Made by a program: the position numbers and the translations under genes
The notes under the pieces: model-generated
Database searches by the model: none
The model's input: the letters and a program-made list of their open reading frames with translations, nothing else
Told to the model about the DNA's origin: nothing
Source: Paraglomus brasilianum
Taxonomy: Eukaryota
DNA length: 36,034 nt
Assembly: GCA_910592345.1 (NCBI GenBank)
Contig: CAJVPI010000306.1
Span: forward strand, 1-36,034
Direction of reading: 5' to 3'
Part shown: positions 11,863 to 24,145 of the stretch, in pieces
Layout: the number at the start of each line of letters is the position of its first letter
Position numbering within the stretch: position 1 is the stretch's first letter

Positions 11863-12578
11863 CAGTGAACCCTCTCTAATATCAACCCCACGGGACCGGT
11901 GATATATGCGGGGTTGGATATTATAGAGGGTGTTAGGGGTTTAAATAATGACGTTATATGTAATGATATTATATACGATACTTATGTCTCGAATAAAGTC
12001 TTAAACTTTATTTATATTTATAATAAAAATCTCTTTATTTCTTTTTCCATATAAACTAAACCAATTTGTTTACCTCACATGAATTGTGGTTCTCTCTCTC
12101 TTTGATGAAAAAATCTGTTAACTTTTTTTGTTGCCTTGCCTCGTATATACTGTATTCGATTGAATGCGTCGCAACCGACTTTTGCAATCTTGGCATGTCT
12201 GCTCTTACGAATTTGGCGGGGTCTTGTTGCTCTACATACTGCAGAAGTAATCTGCATTGTTCCAATGCCGTAGAATGAGAAATTTTTTCGATTTCAATGT
12301 CGCTGCCTTCATTACAACTATCAGAATTAGACGTGTGGAGTATGTTTATACTTTAGTACTTTAAATTTTAAAATACTAATTTATATTGATGTTGATATCA
12401 GCGAGGTACATTTAATTAGGAATAAAATCTGATATGTGTTGATAGGGATATCAACGGGGTATGATATCCAAATTGATATATGCGGGGGATTTATATATGG
12501 GGAAATCCGTTCTGTAACCACTGTTGCTGATAGAGAGAGGTGGATATTAACGGGGTGGATATTAGAGAGGGTTCACTG
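11863..12578 (-). mobile_element. Internally deleted pogo/Tigger-like element, 716 bp, TA TSD
   Basis: Perfect 21-bp TIRs CAGTGAACCCTCTCTAATATC; TA at 11861-11862 and 12579-12580. Carries only a transposase C-terminus on the minus strand (about 12330-12056: ISHSTALEQCRLLLQYVEQQDP...QKKLTDFF). Confidence 0.9.
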
Positions 12579-13862
12579 TACTTAAATGCAATGGATTTTG
12601 ACAATCCCGGCTATATGAGAATTATTCTCTAAATGCACACACGTGATTTTGAGTATAAATTTAGTAGGCAGACATAGTTATTGTCATACATCAGGTAAAA
12701 TTATAATTGGTAGAATTTTGCAACATTCGATTCAAATATATTACTTTAATGTATTAACGAACCATCGGGCGATTTTAATTTGATCAGACCACTCTAATTT
12801 TATCAGGCTATTTGATCAGGCCATATTCCAGTTCAAAAATCAACAGAACTTAACACATATGCTATAAAGTTAATGTAGTTTTTACGAGCGAATGACTATT
12901 TAAATGGATAGGCGTCATATTGTCATAGATTTTAAACTTGCTAATTGCTTGTATTTGAACATAATATCAATAAATTAATTGTCATGCCTCCAAGATCACT
13001 TTGACAGATGCGCAAAAGTATGAATTTTGTCTGTATGCTCGCCAGAATCCAGGGACTCGAATTGATTATGTTAACTGGATTGAAAACAAATGGATAGCGA
13101 ATCTACAGTATCGTGCGACTTTCGACTGAGGTTAATGCACCGAAAGCAAAGCGACATAGATCAGTTACGTTTCCACAAATTAAGTATAGATTATTATGCG
13201 GTTTCTAATTACTGTATAAAGTCATTTATACTAATCCAAAATGAAAAACGCGGATTCGTTTTTTTTTTCTTTGTTTAAGAATTTCTGTTAGAGTTTTTCT
13301 ATTACATCTCAAAGACCAAATCACGTAAACTAGCTATTATTGAATTCATGTAACAGTAGATAAACGAACACTGGTATAAAAGTATTATTTTTATTCTGTA
13401 ATCTTCATTCCATGGAAAACAAGCTAATCGTGCCATTGGGATCTTTCCGCCCCCATCAGGAATACTAAATTTACTGGTCATCCGAACGTTTCGTGCTCAA
13501 TCGGAAGTTGATTCAATAATCAACTTTATCTCCTGTCACAAATCGGCTGTTCGTGATTTTTGTCTGTAGCTTTAAATACGTGTCCTGATATTTTTTAAGC
13601 AATTCTTTCTACTTTGATATATAGTACATAGTGTAAATGCTCTGATTTCTATCACAATGGGAGCTAATAATTACGGTTTGGACACAGTTTGTGATTTAAT
13701 AAATATTCGCTTCAACAAGACCAGCTCAACCACACTTACCTTCTAACACCCATTTTATCTTATCGTCTAACAGATCTTTTCATCAAACATAGTCAACCTC
13801 TTCCCACATGACAACATATAATTTAGTCCCTTTCTTTATTGTACCTATAATGTTAGTAGATA

Positions 13863-14048
13863 CAGTCTAACCTCGATATAATGAAGACTCGATACAATGA
13901 ATATCGCATTATAGTGAAGAATTCCTCTGATATAAAAACAGTATTATTAAGAACATTACTATATTGGAAAGTTTCGATATAGTGAATTTCTGATATAGTG
14001 AAGAAAAATCCCCGTACCCGTTGACTTCATTATATCGAGGTTAGACTA
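13863..14048. mobile_element. Tc1/mariner-pogo-type MITE, 186 bp
   Basis: TIR CAGTCTAACCTCGATATAATGAAG, 23/24 match between ends. TA on both sides (13861-13862, 14049-14050). Internal repeats of GATATARTGAA. Confidence 0.9.
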
Positions 14049-14342
14049 TAGCACCTGTTCTAACACGTATTATGTTAAAACTTGGTACATTCTTGCGTAG
14101 TTTGAAATAAATTGTGATTTAATAGATAGTGAATTGTCTCCTATATTACTATACAATAAAATAAAAACCACCAGGTATTATTAATATATGCAGAACAAAT
14201 TACTCGTCATATCCGATGGAACGAACATTTATCCACATTATATTGTAAGTTCTAGTTGACGCGTTTTGTAATCTATCGATTAATTAAACAAAGTTAGTAT
14301 TAGTTGCTTATATATTATGGCGTTAATAAAAATGATAAATAT

Positions 14343-15740
14343 TCATACCAGATTCGCCTCCGGTTTCTTTTCCCCCGATAATAAAATGTAGTTAATACCA
14401 TAAAATTGCGTTCTATAAAGACTTTTTGCTTTTGATGACCTACCATTATCTGCCATCACCTCGGGAAATTCAAGTAATCGACTCGTATAAACGGCCTGAG
14501 AATGAAATTCTGCCTCAACATTCCGGTCTTTCATTTGTTTTCTTAATATTTCGGCAGTAATAAACTCTTGAAGATTCTTTTTCTCAAAGTGCCACCCAAA
14601 AAAAATAGACGTTACTTCGCTAGCTGTTGGCCGCCTGTCTGGGTCTTCATCCCAGCATCTCATCATTAACTCTTTATAACAGTCTGGAGTATCAGCAGTG
14701 ATTTCCGGACGCAACCCACCACATATGTCCAACGCAAGCCGAACATCATGTGCACGTTTTTGGAACGGTCGCTCACGGGTAGTCATTTCCCACATAATCA
14801 TCCCAAAACTGTAGACATCCGATTTACACGAGTACGGCCTTCCCCTCAAATTCTCGGGAGCAACATAAGGCAATACACCAAAGAACCCCTCCGACGATTC
14901 ATCCTCGACTAGACGGCATAATCCCAGATCGCCAATTATAGCTCCTTCGGCCACGACAAATACATTACCGGAATGAAAGTCACCATGCACTAGATTATGC
15001 TTGTGAATCTCCTCCAGGCCGTATGCAATTTGCCAGAGTGTCCTTAGACAGAAAGCCCATGTGACGGTGTCGGATGATCGGCGAAGAATTTGATGTAAAT
15101 CCCCATCGTTGCAGTATGCCATTACCATTGCAAATTTCTCAGAAGATGGAACGCGGGTGATACCATAACACCGAAGTATGGCTCCGCTAAAACTGCATTG
15201 AAGACATGCTTTCAGCTGAAAAAATTTAGATATTATTGGTCGTAACGCGTATGTTGTACGAACTGCGGCAATACTTACTTCTTCAAAGAATTTAGGAGAG
15301 CCGCATTCCAGCATTGTATCTAGAACTTTTATTACAACATCAGTCTTTCCATCTCTAACCAGCTTCCCTTTATTCACAGTCCATCTAGGTCCGTCTAACC
15401 ATTCAGCAATACATATACTTCCAAATCCCCCTTTCGCCATCGGTTTTACATCACTCAATCTATCGTAGGGAATCCAATCCAACACTTCAAAGCGTGTTTT
15501 CGCTTTCGTTTGTATATCATGAATAAAGTTATCAACCGCTTCACTGCCCGAGGTCCAATTCTTAAAGTTATCCATAAATTTTTTCGATTCGCAGGGTTGA
15601 CACCAGTATTGATTCATCGAGCCACCGCACGTTTGGCAATTTCCTGACAATGAACGCTTGGGTTGTGCTTGGCGGCCATTCTTAGTGGACTTGGATTGAG
15701 CGACCTTGCTAGTATTGATGTTGCGAGTATTAGATGACAT
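14343..15740 (-). CDS. Tyrosine-kinase-like protein kinase with N-terminal CxxC...WCxxC motif; likely one 63-nt intron (15278-15216), about 444 aa
   Basis: Kinase motifs AKGGFGSI, VVIK, HGDFHSGN, DLG, PYVAPE, SDVYSFG and CWDEDPDRRPT. N-terminal CQTC...WCQPCESK...NWTSG..VDNFI..Q...DWIPY is characteristic of the kinase family expanded in Glomeromycotina. Confidence 0.92.
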   Translation of the reverse strand: MSSNTRNINTSKVAQSKSTKNGRQAQPKRSLSGNCQTCGGSMNQYWCQPCESKKFMDNFKNWTSGSEAVDNFIHDIQTKAKTRFEVLDWIPYDRLSDVKPMAKGGFGSICIAEWLDGPRWTVNKGKLVRDGKTDVVIKVLDTMLECGSPKFFEEVSIAAVRTTYALRPIISKFFQLKACLQCSFSGAILRCYGITRVPSSEKFAMVMAYCNDGDLHQILRRSSDTVTWAFCLRTLWQIAYGLEEIHKHNLVHGDFHSGNVFVVAEGAIIGDLGLCRLVEDESSEGFFGVLPYVAPENLRGRPYSCKSDVYSFGMIMWEMTTRERPFQKRAHDVRLALDICGGLRPEITADTPDCYKELMMRCWDEDPDRRPTASEVTSIFFGWHFEKKNLQEFITAEILRKQMKDRNVEAEFHSQAVYTSRLLEFPEVMADNGRSSKAKSLYRTQFYGINYILLSGEKKPEANLV

Positions 15741-17035
15741 GCTTTAGTCATCTACGTTGTTTACCAAAACTACAGACATGGCTTGGTGCATTGTAAAAGA
15801 GGCGGTCTGAGATTGGATTTGATTATCATTAATCATTGGCCAGTGTCGGTCACATAATTAAAGTTTGTTACAATATCATCGTGATAAAAACCATATAGCA
15901 ATATCACAAGACTTTGTTATCTTCACATTAGTGAGAGGAAAGATTGGTCCTTTTCTCGCGATTTTTCTCCCTTCCAAATTCGGTCTAAATGGCTAATTTA
16001 GGTAATCAAACTTGTTCCTCATCAAAAAAGGAAGCAAAATACGGATAGACTCCTGCTGATGTTAGAGACTTTATTATAAAAATCGAAGTTACTGGTTAAT
16101 CTAGCTATATTTGTAAATAGTACAACGTGAACCTGTGCATTAAGTCACATGACAGTTTCTCTAAATGCAAAATTTGGTTTATAATTAAGTGACAATAATA
16201 ATAATATTGATATTAATATGGTGAAAATGGCTTTAAAATGATGTCTGGAAATAACACGTGTCTTTAAAGATTCATTACTCTCCAAAAACTCGTGCGTCTA
16301 TTGAGATCTCATTAAAATATTTTTCAAATACATATACTCTTTCCTTTTTAGCTCATCTAAATTCTCCGGATATGGCAAATCTTTTATTAACAGCTCAGGT
16401 GGAGATACCATAATAGCAAGTCCTTAAAAATGCTTCACAAAAAGGCCTAAAGATTAAGGGATAGACTAAAATAGAAGTATCATTCACGGTTTGGGAAACA
16501 GTCGGCCATCGTGTTAGCAGTTATCATCGTCTAAGAAACAATTCGACATAAACACAAGTCCTCAATAAGTATAGTCCGAACAAAGACTTCAGGACCCGAG
16601 ACCCCAAGAAGAGTACATCGTTCCTTAGGATATTGAAGTTGACGCCCACGAATTTCACCATATTCAGAATCTCTATACGTGGGCGCAGAGTGGGTAATTC
16701 GGAAATAACATAAATACCAATTGGATGTACGAGCCATCAATTAATCACAGACTTTAGTTAATTGCAAAGACTAGCTTGATGTATTAGCATGTCATGCAAC
16801 AATAATTCTATTGTGTCCATTGTCCCTATCGAGCTCACGAGAACAAAGGAAGTACAATATTACTCGGCTGTTTACATAGAAATCAAATATGAGCATCACC
16901 GAGTGTGGGTTAAAAATATCGTATAAAAAATTCTTAATTGATGCATTCATTATGCTAAACTTACTTGCAATTAGCAAAGTAATAGCAGCGACTACTCTAT
17001 AGCATCTGGCCAAACCAAGTTCAAGCCATTTCTTG

Positions 17036-17605
17036 TTATTCATCTCTTGGAACAGGAACTCCACAAGGTTGGAGCATTTTCTGTAAATTAGTACATTCAT
17101 GGGCGTGACAATGCGATTTTAGCTTAATGTTTGACAGCAGTCTCTAGCATCTCTTCTCTCATACCCTTATTGTTATCTTACCTCAACAAATTCAAACTTG
17201 ACTCTTGCAACAGACTCATTCTGCGCAACTGCAAAGTAAGATATCAGTGCGTGGTGTCCAATGTAAGAAGCGTAACTGTCTCTATGTTGGTTCACTAACC
17301 ATTCACTATGAATAAGAGATATATGTTCAGATCGTATATTCTTCATACAGTAGAGATAAACCATTCATAAGCGAGAATTACAATTTATTCGTATCTGCAT
17401 GGCCTGTTCCGACATATTTTGATTGCACTGTAGGAAAAGAGAAAGTTTATATTTGCAGCTATAAGAAACATAACATAGAGATCTCACAAGTACTTACAAT
17501 GTTCCAGTTGACTGTTGAGATTAAACCGATCCTAAAGGATTTGTAGCCACTTTCAGTTAACTCAGAGAACAATGCAATGATAATGCGGAAAACATTTCTT
17601 ACCAT
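17036..17605 (-). CDS. SF3B5: Splicing factor 3B subunit 5 (SF3b10/Ysf3), 5 exons: 17605-17603, 17531-17498, 17427-17382, 17305-17182, 17080-17036; 83 aa
   Basis: Spliced product MDRFNLNSQLEHLQSKYVGTGHADTNKFEWLVNQHRDSYASYIGHHALISYFAVAQNESVARVKFEFVEKMLQPCGVPVPRDE. All four introns are GT-AG and the phases are consistent. Confidence 0.95.
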
Positions 17606-17874
17606 GTTCGTGCACAATATTTAGAGGACTTCCAAAAATTGGCTTTACCAAATTTCCCCCTTTTAGTCATGTGACTTATGACGACTAACTAGTACCACAT
17701 TATACCCTTTTCTCCCTCAACCGTTATCCTTCGGTTTGTAGTTAATCAACATCTCACCTCCATCAACTACTGATAATATTCTCTCGACATTGTGAACAGT
17801 CAATAAGGTATTGAAGAACGGAACTCCCATTAACATCTGCTAATGAGGACACTGTATGTCATTCTTTTCATATA

Positions 17875-18099
17875 TCGTATCCTCTCGTGAATAAGCACCC
17901 CCTGATTACTACTATTAACAACATAACCCTCCCCCTCATAAACAGTTTATTACATAATAACACGTGATTATAAAATTTCTATTAAAAATCTTCGTTACTG
18001 CGATTACTGTTAGATACCCTCCTAAAGTTTATTATTTACGTGATGGTTGCCGATCATTTTCATATGATCGATGGGGTGCTTATTCACGAGAGGATGCGG
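17875..18099. mobile_element. Tc2/pogo-type MITE, 225 bp, TA TSD
   Basis: 27-bp TIRs YCGYATCCTCTCGTGAATAAGCACCCC (25/27 match). TA at 17873-17874 and 18100-18101. Confidence 0.9.
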
Positions 18100-18689
18100 T
18101 AGTCAAACTTTATGAGTCAATACAAAGTATATGTCTAACAGTAACGATTACTCGTTTGGTAAAACTCCCAGGTAAAGGAAAATGAGCTGGACCTAGCGGG
18201 ACGAGAGAATAGGGCATGCATTCGTACTAGGTCCGAGCTTTTTTACATCAGCAGAAATAATAAATTTTGAATTTAATGCACGAAGTGCACTTGTTACACA
18301 AATAATCGGTTAACCGTGTGATCGTTGTATATTATTTAATATATAGCCCCTTATCCCCACGCTTTTTTTTTCTTATCGCCATCTTTTTTTACAACGCAGG
18401 CATATTTTTCTCGTTTCAATAAAGGCATTATCAGTTTTTTGTTCATAAAATGTCTTCTTTGCTCAGTCTCGTTGTGAGGTTTTCTCGCCCCGCTCTCCGA
18501 CCAAGACTCTTTTCCTAACTTCGCGACAAAGAAATAAAAAAGCCGAGCCTACCTCTTCTAATGACCTCCCCCCTTTGGCATCTAAGTTCAGAAAAATAGA
18601 TATGGGCTCACTCAGGGTAAGTTTCAAGTCAGCTTCAGGCGAGAATGATGTAATACCTAATGTTAAAGGTATGAACTACATGATATGTT

Positions 18690-19015
18690 CACGTGCCCCA
18701 TTCCGATCAACAGGTAAGTAAAATTTATTATCTTAGTGCATTTATTTGGTATTCAAGATGAAGCAGTACATGAACAAATTAATTACGTTCTCGATGAGAA
18801 CAAAATGATAGGAAAAGGTCCTAATGGCACACTGAGCCTGGTATTCGATGGAATTAAGAGATTGAATAAAGGTGAAAAATGTTTAAAAATTACTTGTGAT
18901 AGATTGCGTAGATTATATTGTTGAGGTTTTGAGAAAAAATCGAGTACAGCGGGATTAAACAAAGCTCAGTGTTATGACAATGGAAAAGACTTTCAATACT
19001 TAGATCTCAATTCTG
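18690..19015 (+). mobile_element. DDE-type DNA transposase remnant (Sola/CMC-like)
   Basis: PHSDQQVSKIYYLS, a frameshift, then VHLFGIQDEAVHEQINYVLDENKMIGKGPNGTLSLVFDGI...LKITCD. It breaks off where the 'DNC.GQNKN' catalytic motif would follow. Superfamily assignment is tentative. Confidence 0.6.
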
Positions 19016-19214
19016 TGTTGCTAATGGTGGATTATCAGTTATGCTAAATAGTAAATCCATCATATGATTTCAATCCCTTTGGGATACAACTGTGTGTGCA
19101 ATTTATTGGTTAATAAATTCTGTTAATAAAGTATGGCATTTTGACTTCTCTACTACTACTGAATTGTCTAAGCATCAAATTATACTATGCATATATCTTA
19201 TATGTTTATTTTAC

Positions 19215-19249
19215 GGCCTGATTTATGTGGCCTGATTTATGTGGCCTGA
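19215..19249. repeat. 14-bp tandem repeat GGCCTGATTTATGT, about 2.5 copies
   Basis: Directly visible. Confidence 0.9.
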
Positions 19250-20912
19250 ATTTATTAAAAGTGCATGATATTCAATTGATAGCACAAGCCTGGCACAGAT
19301 TATATAAATAGATATTTTGTGTAATACAAGTGTCGTAGGAGGGGATATAAATCATAATCAGAATCTGATAATTCTAACAATCACCTTCTGATGATTATTA
19401 TAGGGCATGAGAAATCGGGACCGTAGAATTTTGGGGATAGGGATATATCTGAGTGGGATAAAAATGAGATACTGATATACAATAAGGGAAATCCGTCCAA
19501 CGTTCAGTTATCCCATAAAAAACATCGGAACAATAGCCATGCCTTTGATAGAGCTGTGCATGACACAATTGCAAGTCGCGTTGGTTAATGGCAGCTCTGG
19601 CCGCAGGGGTTTGTACAACATGGAACCTTCTTCATGTGTGCTTTGCGCGTCTCACAGATTATTATAATAACGCGCAGTTTTAGTCACGCTGTTTGATTTC
19701 CCAGCCACGCCAGCCGTTTTTGGTTCGCGTAGTGAAATGTCACTTCTGTCCCACTACAGTCGAACCTCATTATCCCGAACTTCCGTTTTTGGTAGTACGA
19801 ACAATGCATAAAATATCATTACGCTTAGTTCTGAATATGAAACGGAATTAGTGTTCAAAGAGCAAACTATTCGCATCGGTGTTTCATTCCAAGTTGTCAA
19901 TTTTTTTTGCGAAGTTGCCGTCGTATCGATGTTTCATTTCAAGCTGTCAATTTTCTTTGCGAAGTTGCTGCGCCACGCAGCCTGTAGTATAGAGACAATA
20001 TAAAAATGTACAGTAAAAAAATTTTTTGAATTGATGATCACTACTGATATTGGGGTCCCGGAGATAATATTTGCCATGCAGCTGTCAACCATTAACGGCA
20101 AAGTAACTGCCTCACTAAACCAACTACAAAAACGTGGCAAAGAAAGAAAGAGACGTATCTCCGTTTGTGGAAACAAGGAATGCAGCTCGAACTGCTTCAT
20201 ATAACCAAGTTATCTTTGCCGATCCAATTCTTATAAACGCCAATTATGGTTGACGTCTTCTGTATTCTGGGTGATTGCGGTACCGTGTACCCCGGTAACA
20301 CACCGTCCTACATATCTAGACCAAAAATTTTCATTCATTAACAGAATATTTCAATTACGAACTCGCGAAATAGTTGGCACAGTATTTATGTCCCACATTC
20401 TGCGATGCGGATCGTACTTTTGATGGTACGTTATGCCATTGTACTGATAACATTCTGTTATTATATAAATATCTCTTACTGTGTTGTTCGAAAGAGGCAG
20501 GTGGGACAACTGCAGATCATTCTGCAAAGAATGTTTTTGTGCGAACGTTGGCGTCCGGAACGTCTTACCGATTGTTTACTGATTGTCTTGCCTCATTCTC
20601 ATACCTTTTATGACAGATAGTGAAAAATAAATAACAAATTTTCAGCCGCGTATTATTGGCTATTAAAATTAGGGGACCCCCCCGTATATAGAGGCTTGCT
20701 TCCCCCTCCCACTACTACCGGCCGCGTAAATAAGAACTGACAACAAGGAATTAGAGCGCGTGCAAGTGCGGGAATCCATATTACAACCCGCGGAATACTT
20801 ACGTCAAGTATACATATTCTAATATATTTCAACGGACTCCCCGAGAATATTATTAACCGCTGCAGGAATTTGTCAACGGATCAAACTCGTATAATATACT
20901 ATATCGGATCTC

Positions 20913-23742
20913 ATGGCTGCTAAAGTGTCAGTTAACCAAAACGTTCCCAAGGAACAATCTCAATCATACAGACGCCCTGGTTTTGGTGATGAAGGGCAAC
21001 AGGGCTCGAAGGAGCGCAAGACGAGGGTGCTTACAAACATGTTCGAGTTAAAAACGGACCCGAACATGACCACATATCATCAGTATACCGTCGAATTTAA
21101 GCGATATTCGATGCGCGAAGGCGAAGCCGCCCGCACAGAACCTCTTACCGGTGAATCTAATAATAACAAACGTCTTCGAAGACACATATTCGCCACGTTC
21201 CAAAAGCGACATCAGGACGACTTTTTCAGAAACGTTGGCGTTGCGTATGACGGTGGTCCCAACGTCTTCACAACTGGACAACTAACTCTCAGAGGAAATA
21301 ATCAAGCCAGTGAGCTCATCGAGTTGGAAGATGACCACGACCGTGCCGGCAAGCCAAACGAGTTTTACATTGATATCAGAGAGAACAACAATAAGCCAAC
21401 AGTCTCGCTTGATGAACTGAAGGTTGTCTTGTCGGGTGACACTTTCGAATGGACCTTTTTCAACAACCTAGGACTGAAAATGCTCAATGCTTTTTTGCAT
21501 CACAATCCCGCGTTACGATACGTGCAATTTGGTGAATCAATCTTTGTTCCCGAAAACAGGAGTCCGCTTGGAGGTGGCGTGGACTTGTGGCAGGGATTCT
21601 TCGCAAGTGTTCGACCAGGAGAAGGTGGTGGAAAAGGTAAATTGAAATTACAGACATATTTAAACGAGTAACTATAAGATTATCTTTGTATCTAAGCTGA
21701 ACTTGTGTTGATTTCTCTATTCTCAAAAAATAGGAAAACTATTTGCGAATGTAAATGTCACCTACACTACTGTTTATGAACCAAACGATCTGGCTACGTG
21801 GCTGTGCAAATTCCTCAATAGCGATAGAGTTCCAGCTAAACTTGAAAACCATATGCGTGACAACATAAATAGTGTCTTGAAACATGTCAAAGTCCGACCT
21901 CTTCATCGTCCGGATTGTAAGACGAAATATACCATTGCCAAAATTGCTAGCGTAACTGCAGATAAATACAAGTTCATGAACAACAAGTCTGGAAAGGAGG
22001 AAACTGTCGCGGAATACTTCAAAGCCGCTTATAATGTGACACTCAAATCTTACCATATGATCGAAACTGTTGGCACGAGAAAGGACCTGATTCCGATTGA
22101 ATGCTGTGGAATCGTTGAGGTAACATACTTTCAAACAAACTAACGAAGTTGTTATTAGCAAAGAACATTTCTAATGCCCTCTTCTTAACCGTAGGGTCAG
22201 CGATATCAAGGCAAACAATTGACCGGAGATCAACGCGCTAACATGATTAAGATCACCGCCAAGCGCCCTAACGAGAACAAGTCAATTATCTTGGATGGTA
22301 TCAAGAACGTACTATCACTCAACCAAGACAAACTACTCCGACTAGCCGGTTTATCTTCCAGTATGCAGATGGCCTCTGTACCTGGCCACTTCAAGAGAAT
22401 GCCAGAGATCATGTATTCGCCATCATCTAAGCAAGGTGCAACAGTCAGACCAAAACCTGACGATGGTGCGTGGAATCTTCGTGATGTTCAATTTATCAAG
22501 CCCGGCGAGGAATTACGCAATTGGCTTGCCATTTCCTTTTTGCCAGATAGATTCTCGGAGCAAACCAGAAACTTTCTCCGTGATTTAGCAAATCAAGCCA
22601 GAGTTCAAGGTATGAAAATTGCACAAAACCTTCAACAAAGAAGCGCGTCTATCCGATGGCGGAACGACAAGCAGACTCGCGATGAGATCATTAGAATCCT
22701 TCAGGACGCAAAGAAATCAAGCGCTGGTTTGCCCCAACTGGTTATATTCATTGTTGAAGATGAAAACCGTAACCGTCAAGCAAACAACGACCAATATAAT
22801 CTTGTCAAGCGGGTCATGGATACGGAAGTTGGAATCCTGTCTCAGTGTGTTCAAGCGCCACATGTTATAAGGATAAACAAGCAATATCTTGCAAACGTCG
22901 CTCTGAAATTAAACCTAAAACTCAATGGAACAAATTCATCCGTCAATCTCCCTCGAATTGATAAAGTCCCTATGATGCTTATTGGTGCTGATGTCACTCA
23001 TCCACAGCCTGGCTCAACCATGCCATCAATTGCAGCAGTTGTAGGATCTGTTGACAGGCATGCTGCTCGATATGCTGAGAGACACGTAGAACAATTCAAG
23101 GAACCAACTTCTGGCAAAAAGACGGGTCGTGGTAAAGAAGAAATCGATACTATGACCGACTTGGTAGTCGAACTCTTACGTGAATTCAGGCGCATCAACA
23201 AAATTTTACCTAAAGTCATTGTTATGTTCAGAGACGGCATTAGCGAGAGTCAATTCAAACCGTTGGCATTGGATAAAGAACTTCCTTATATTAAGGCAGC
23301 GTGCACTAAGGTGGAGCAGGGTTATAATCCAACAATTACCTATATTGTTGTTGGCAAAAGGCACCACACTCGATTTTATCCCACAGATGCAAAGGATGCC
23401 GACCGAAAAGGAAATGTGAAACCTGGACTTATAGTCGAGCGGGAAATTACCCATCCGTATCTTTTTGACTTTTATCTTACCTCTCACTCTAGTCTCCAAG
23501 GAACATCCCGTCCATGTCATTATCATGTACTCTTCGATGAGAATAAATTTAAGGTGGATGAACTCCAGGACTTTACGAACAAGCTGTGCTATAACTTTCA
23601 ACGATCAACTAGAGCAGTTTCCATCCCTGCACCGACTTACTACGCACATTGTGCGGCAAAGAGAGCACGATCACATCTTAATGGACGTTTGCACATGACA
23701 AAACCAGAGTTTGCCAGTCGTTTTCCGATGTATTACGTCTAA
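20913..23742 (+). CDS. ago: Argonaute (N-L1-PAZ-L2-MID-PIWI), 3 exons: 20913-21636, 21734-22119, 22195-23742; 885 aa
   Basis: TNMF, AYDG, GVDLWQGFFASVRP, PAZ (TVAEYFKAAYN...IPIECC), WNL, MID (YNLVK, SQCV, NVALKLNLKL), PIWI (GADVTHP, FRDGISESQF, KRHHTRF, QGTSRPCHY, YYAH) and C-terminal MYYV. Two GT-AG introns join the three track ORFs in phase. Confidence 0.97.
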
Positions 23743-24145
23743 GAATAGTTTATATTATGTATGCATGCTATTTTCAATTTAGTACAATTTTTGGTGTATA
23801 TGGTATGGGTGTGTACATGTACGTAGCATATCAATAAATAATTTTTGTTCGCTGGCTAACTATGTATTAGTATGTGACTCTGATTTTAACTACATGTAAA
23901 TTTCGCATCTTGCTTGGGGAAAATGTTGAATATTTCTTCTTCCATGTGCATAATGAAATATGACCATCTTATTGCCATCAATCTTATAGGAAACACCATG
24001 CCTGTTCGGTTCAATAATAATATTTTCCCAGAAGAAATATTAAAACTATCAACTATAAATTCCCATGGATTATAGTTGGGTCTAGTTTTAATTCATATTT
24101 ATTTATAGGCAACGACGAGGATGACGTATTTCTCTGCATAACTCT

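Noticed and set aside
16792..17364. Track ORFs 16792-17100 and 17173-17364 as separate genes
   Set aside because: They overlap SF3B5 exons, introns and the 3' UTR, and are explained by that gene model.
21048..23698. Overlapping alternate-frame and antisense ORFs inside Argonaute
   Set aside because: Shadow ORFs of a long coding region, with no motifs.
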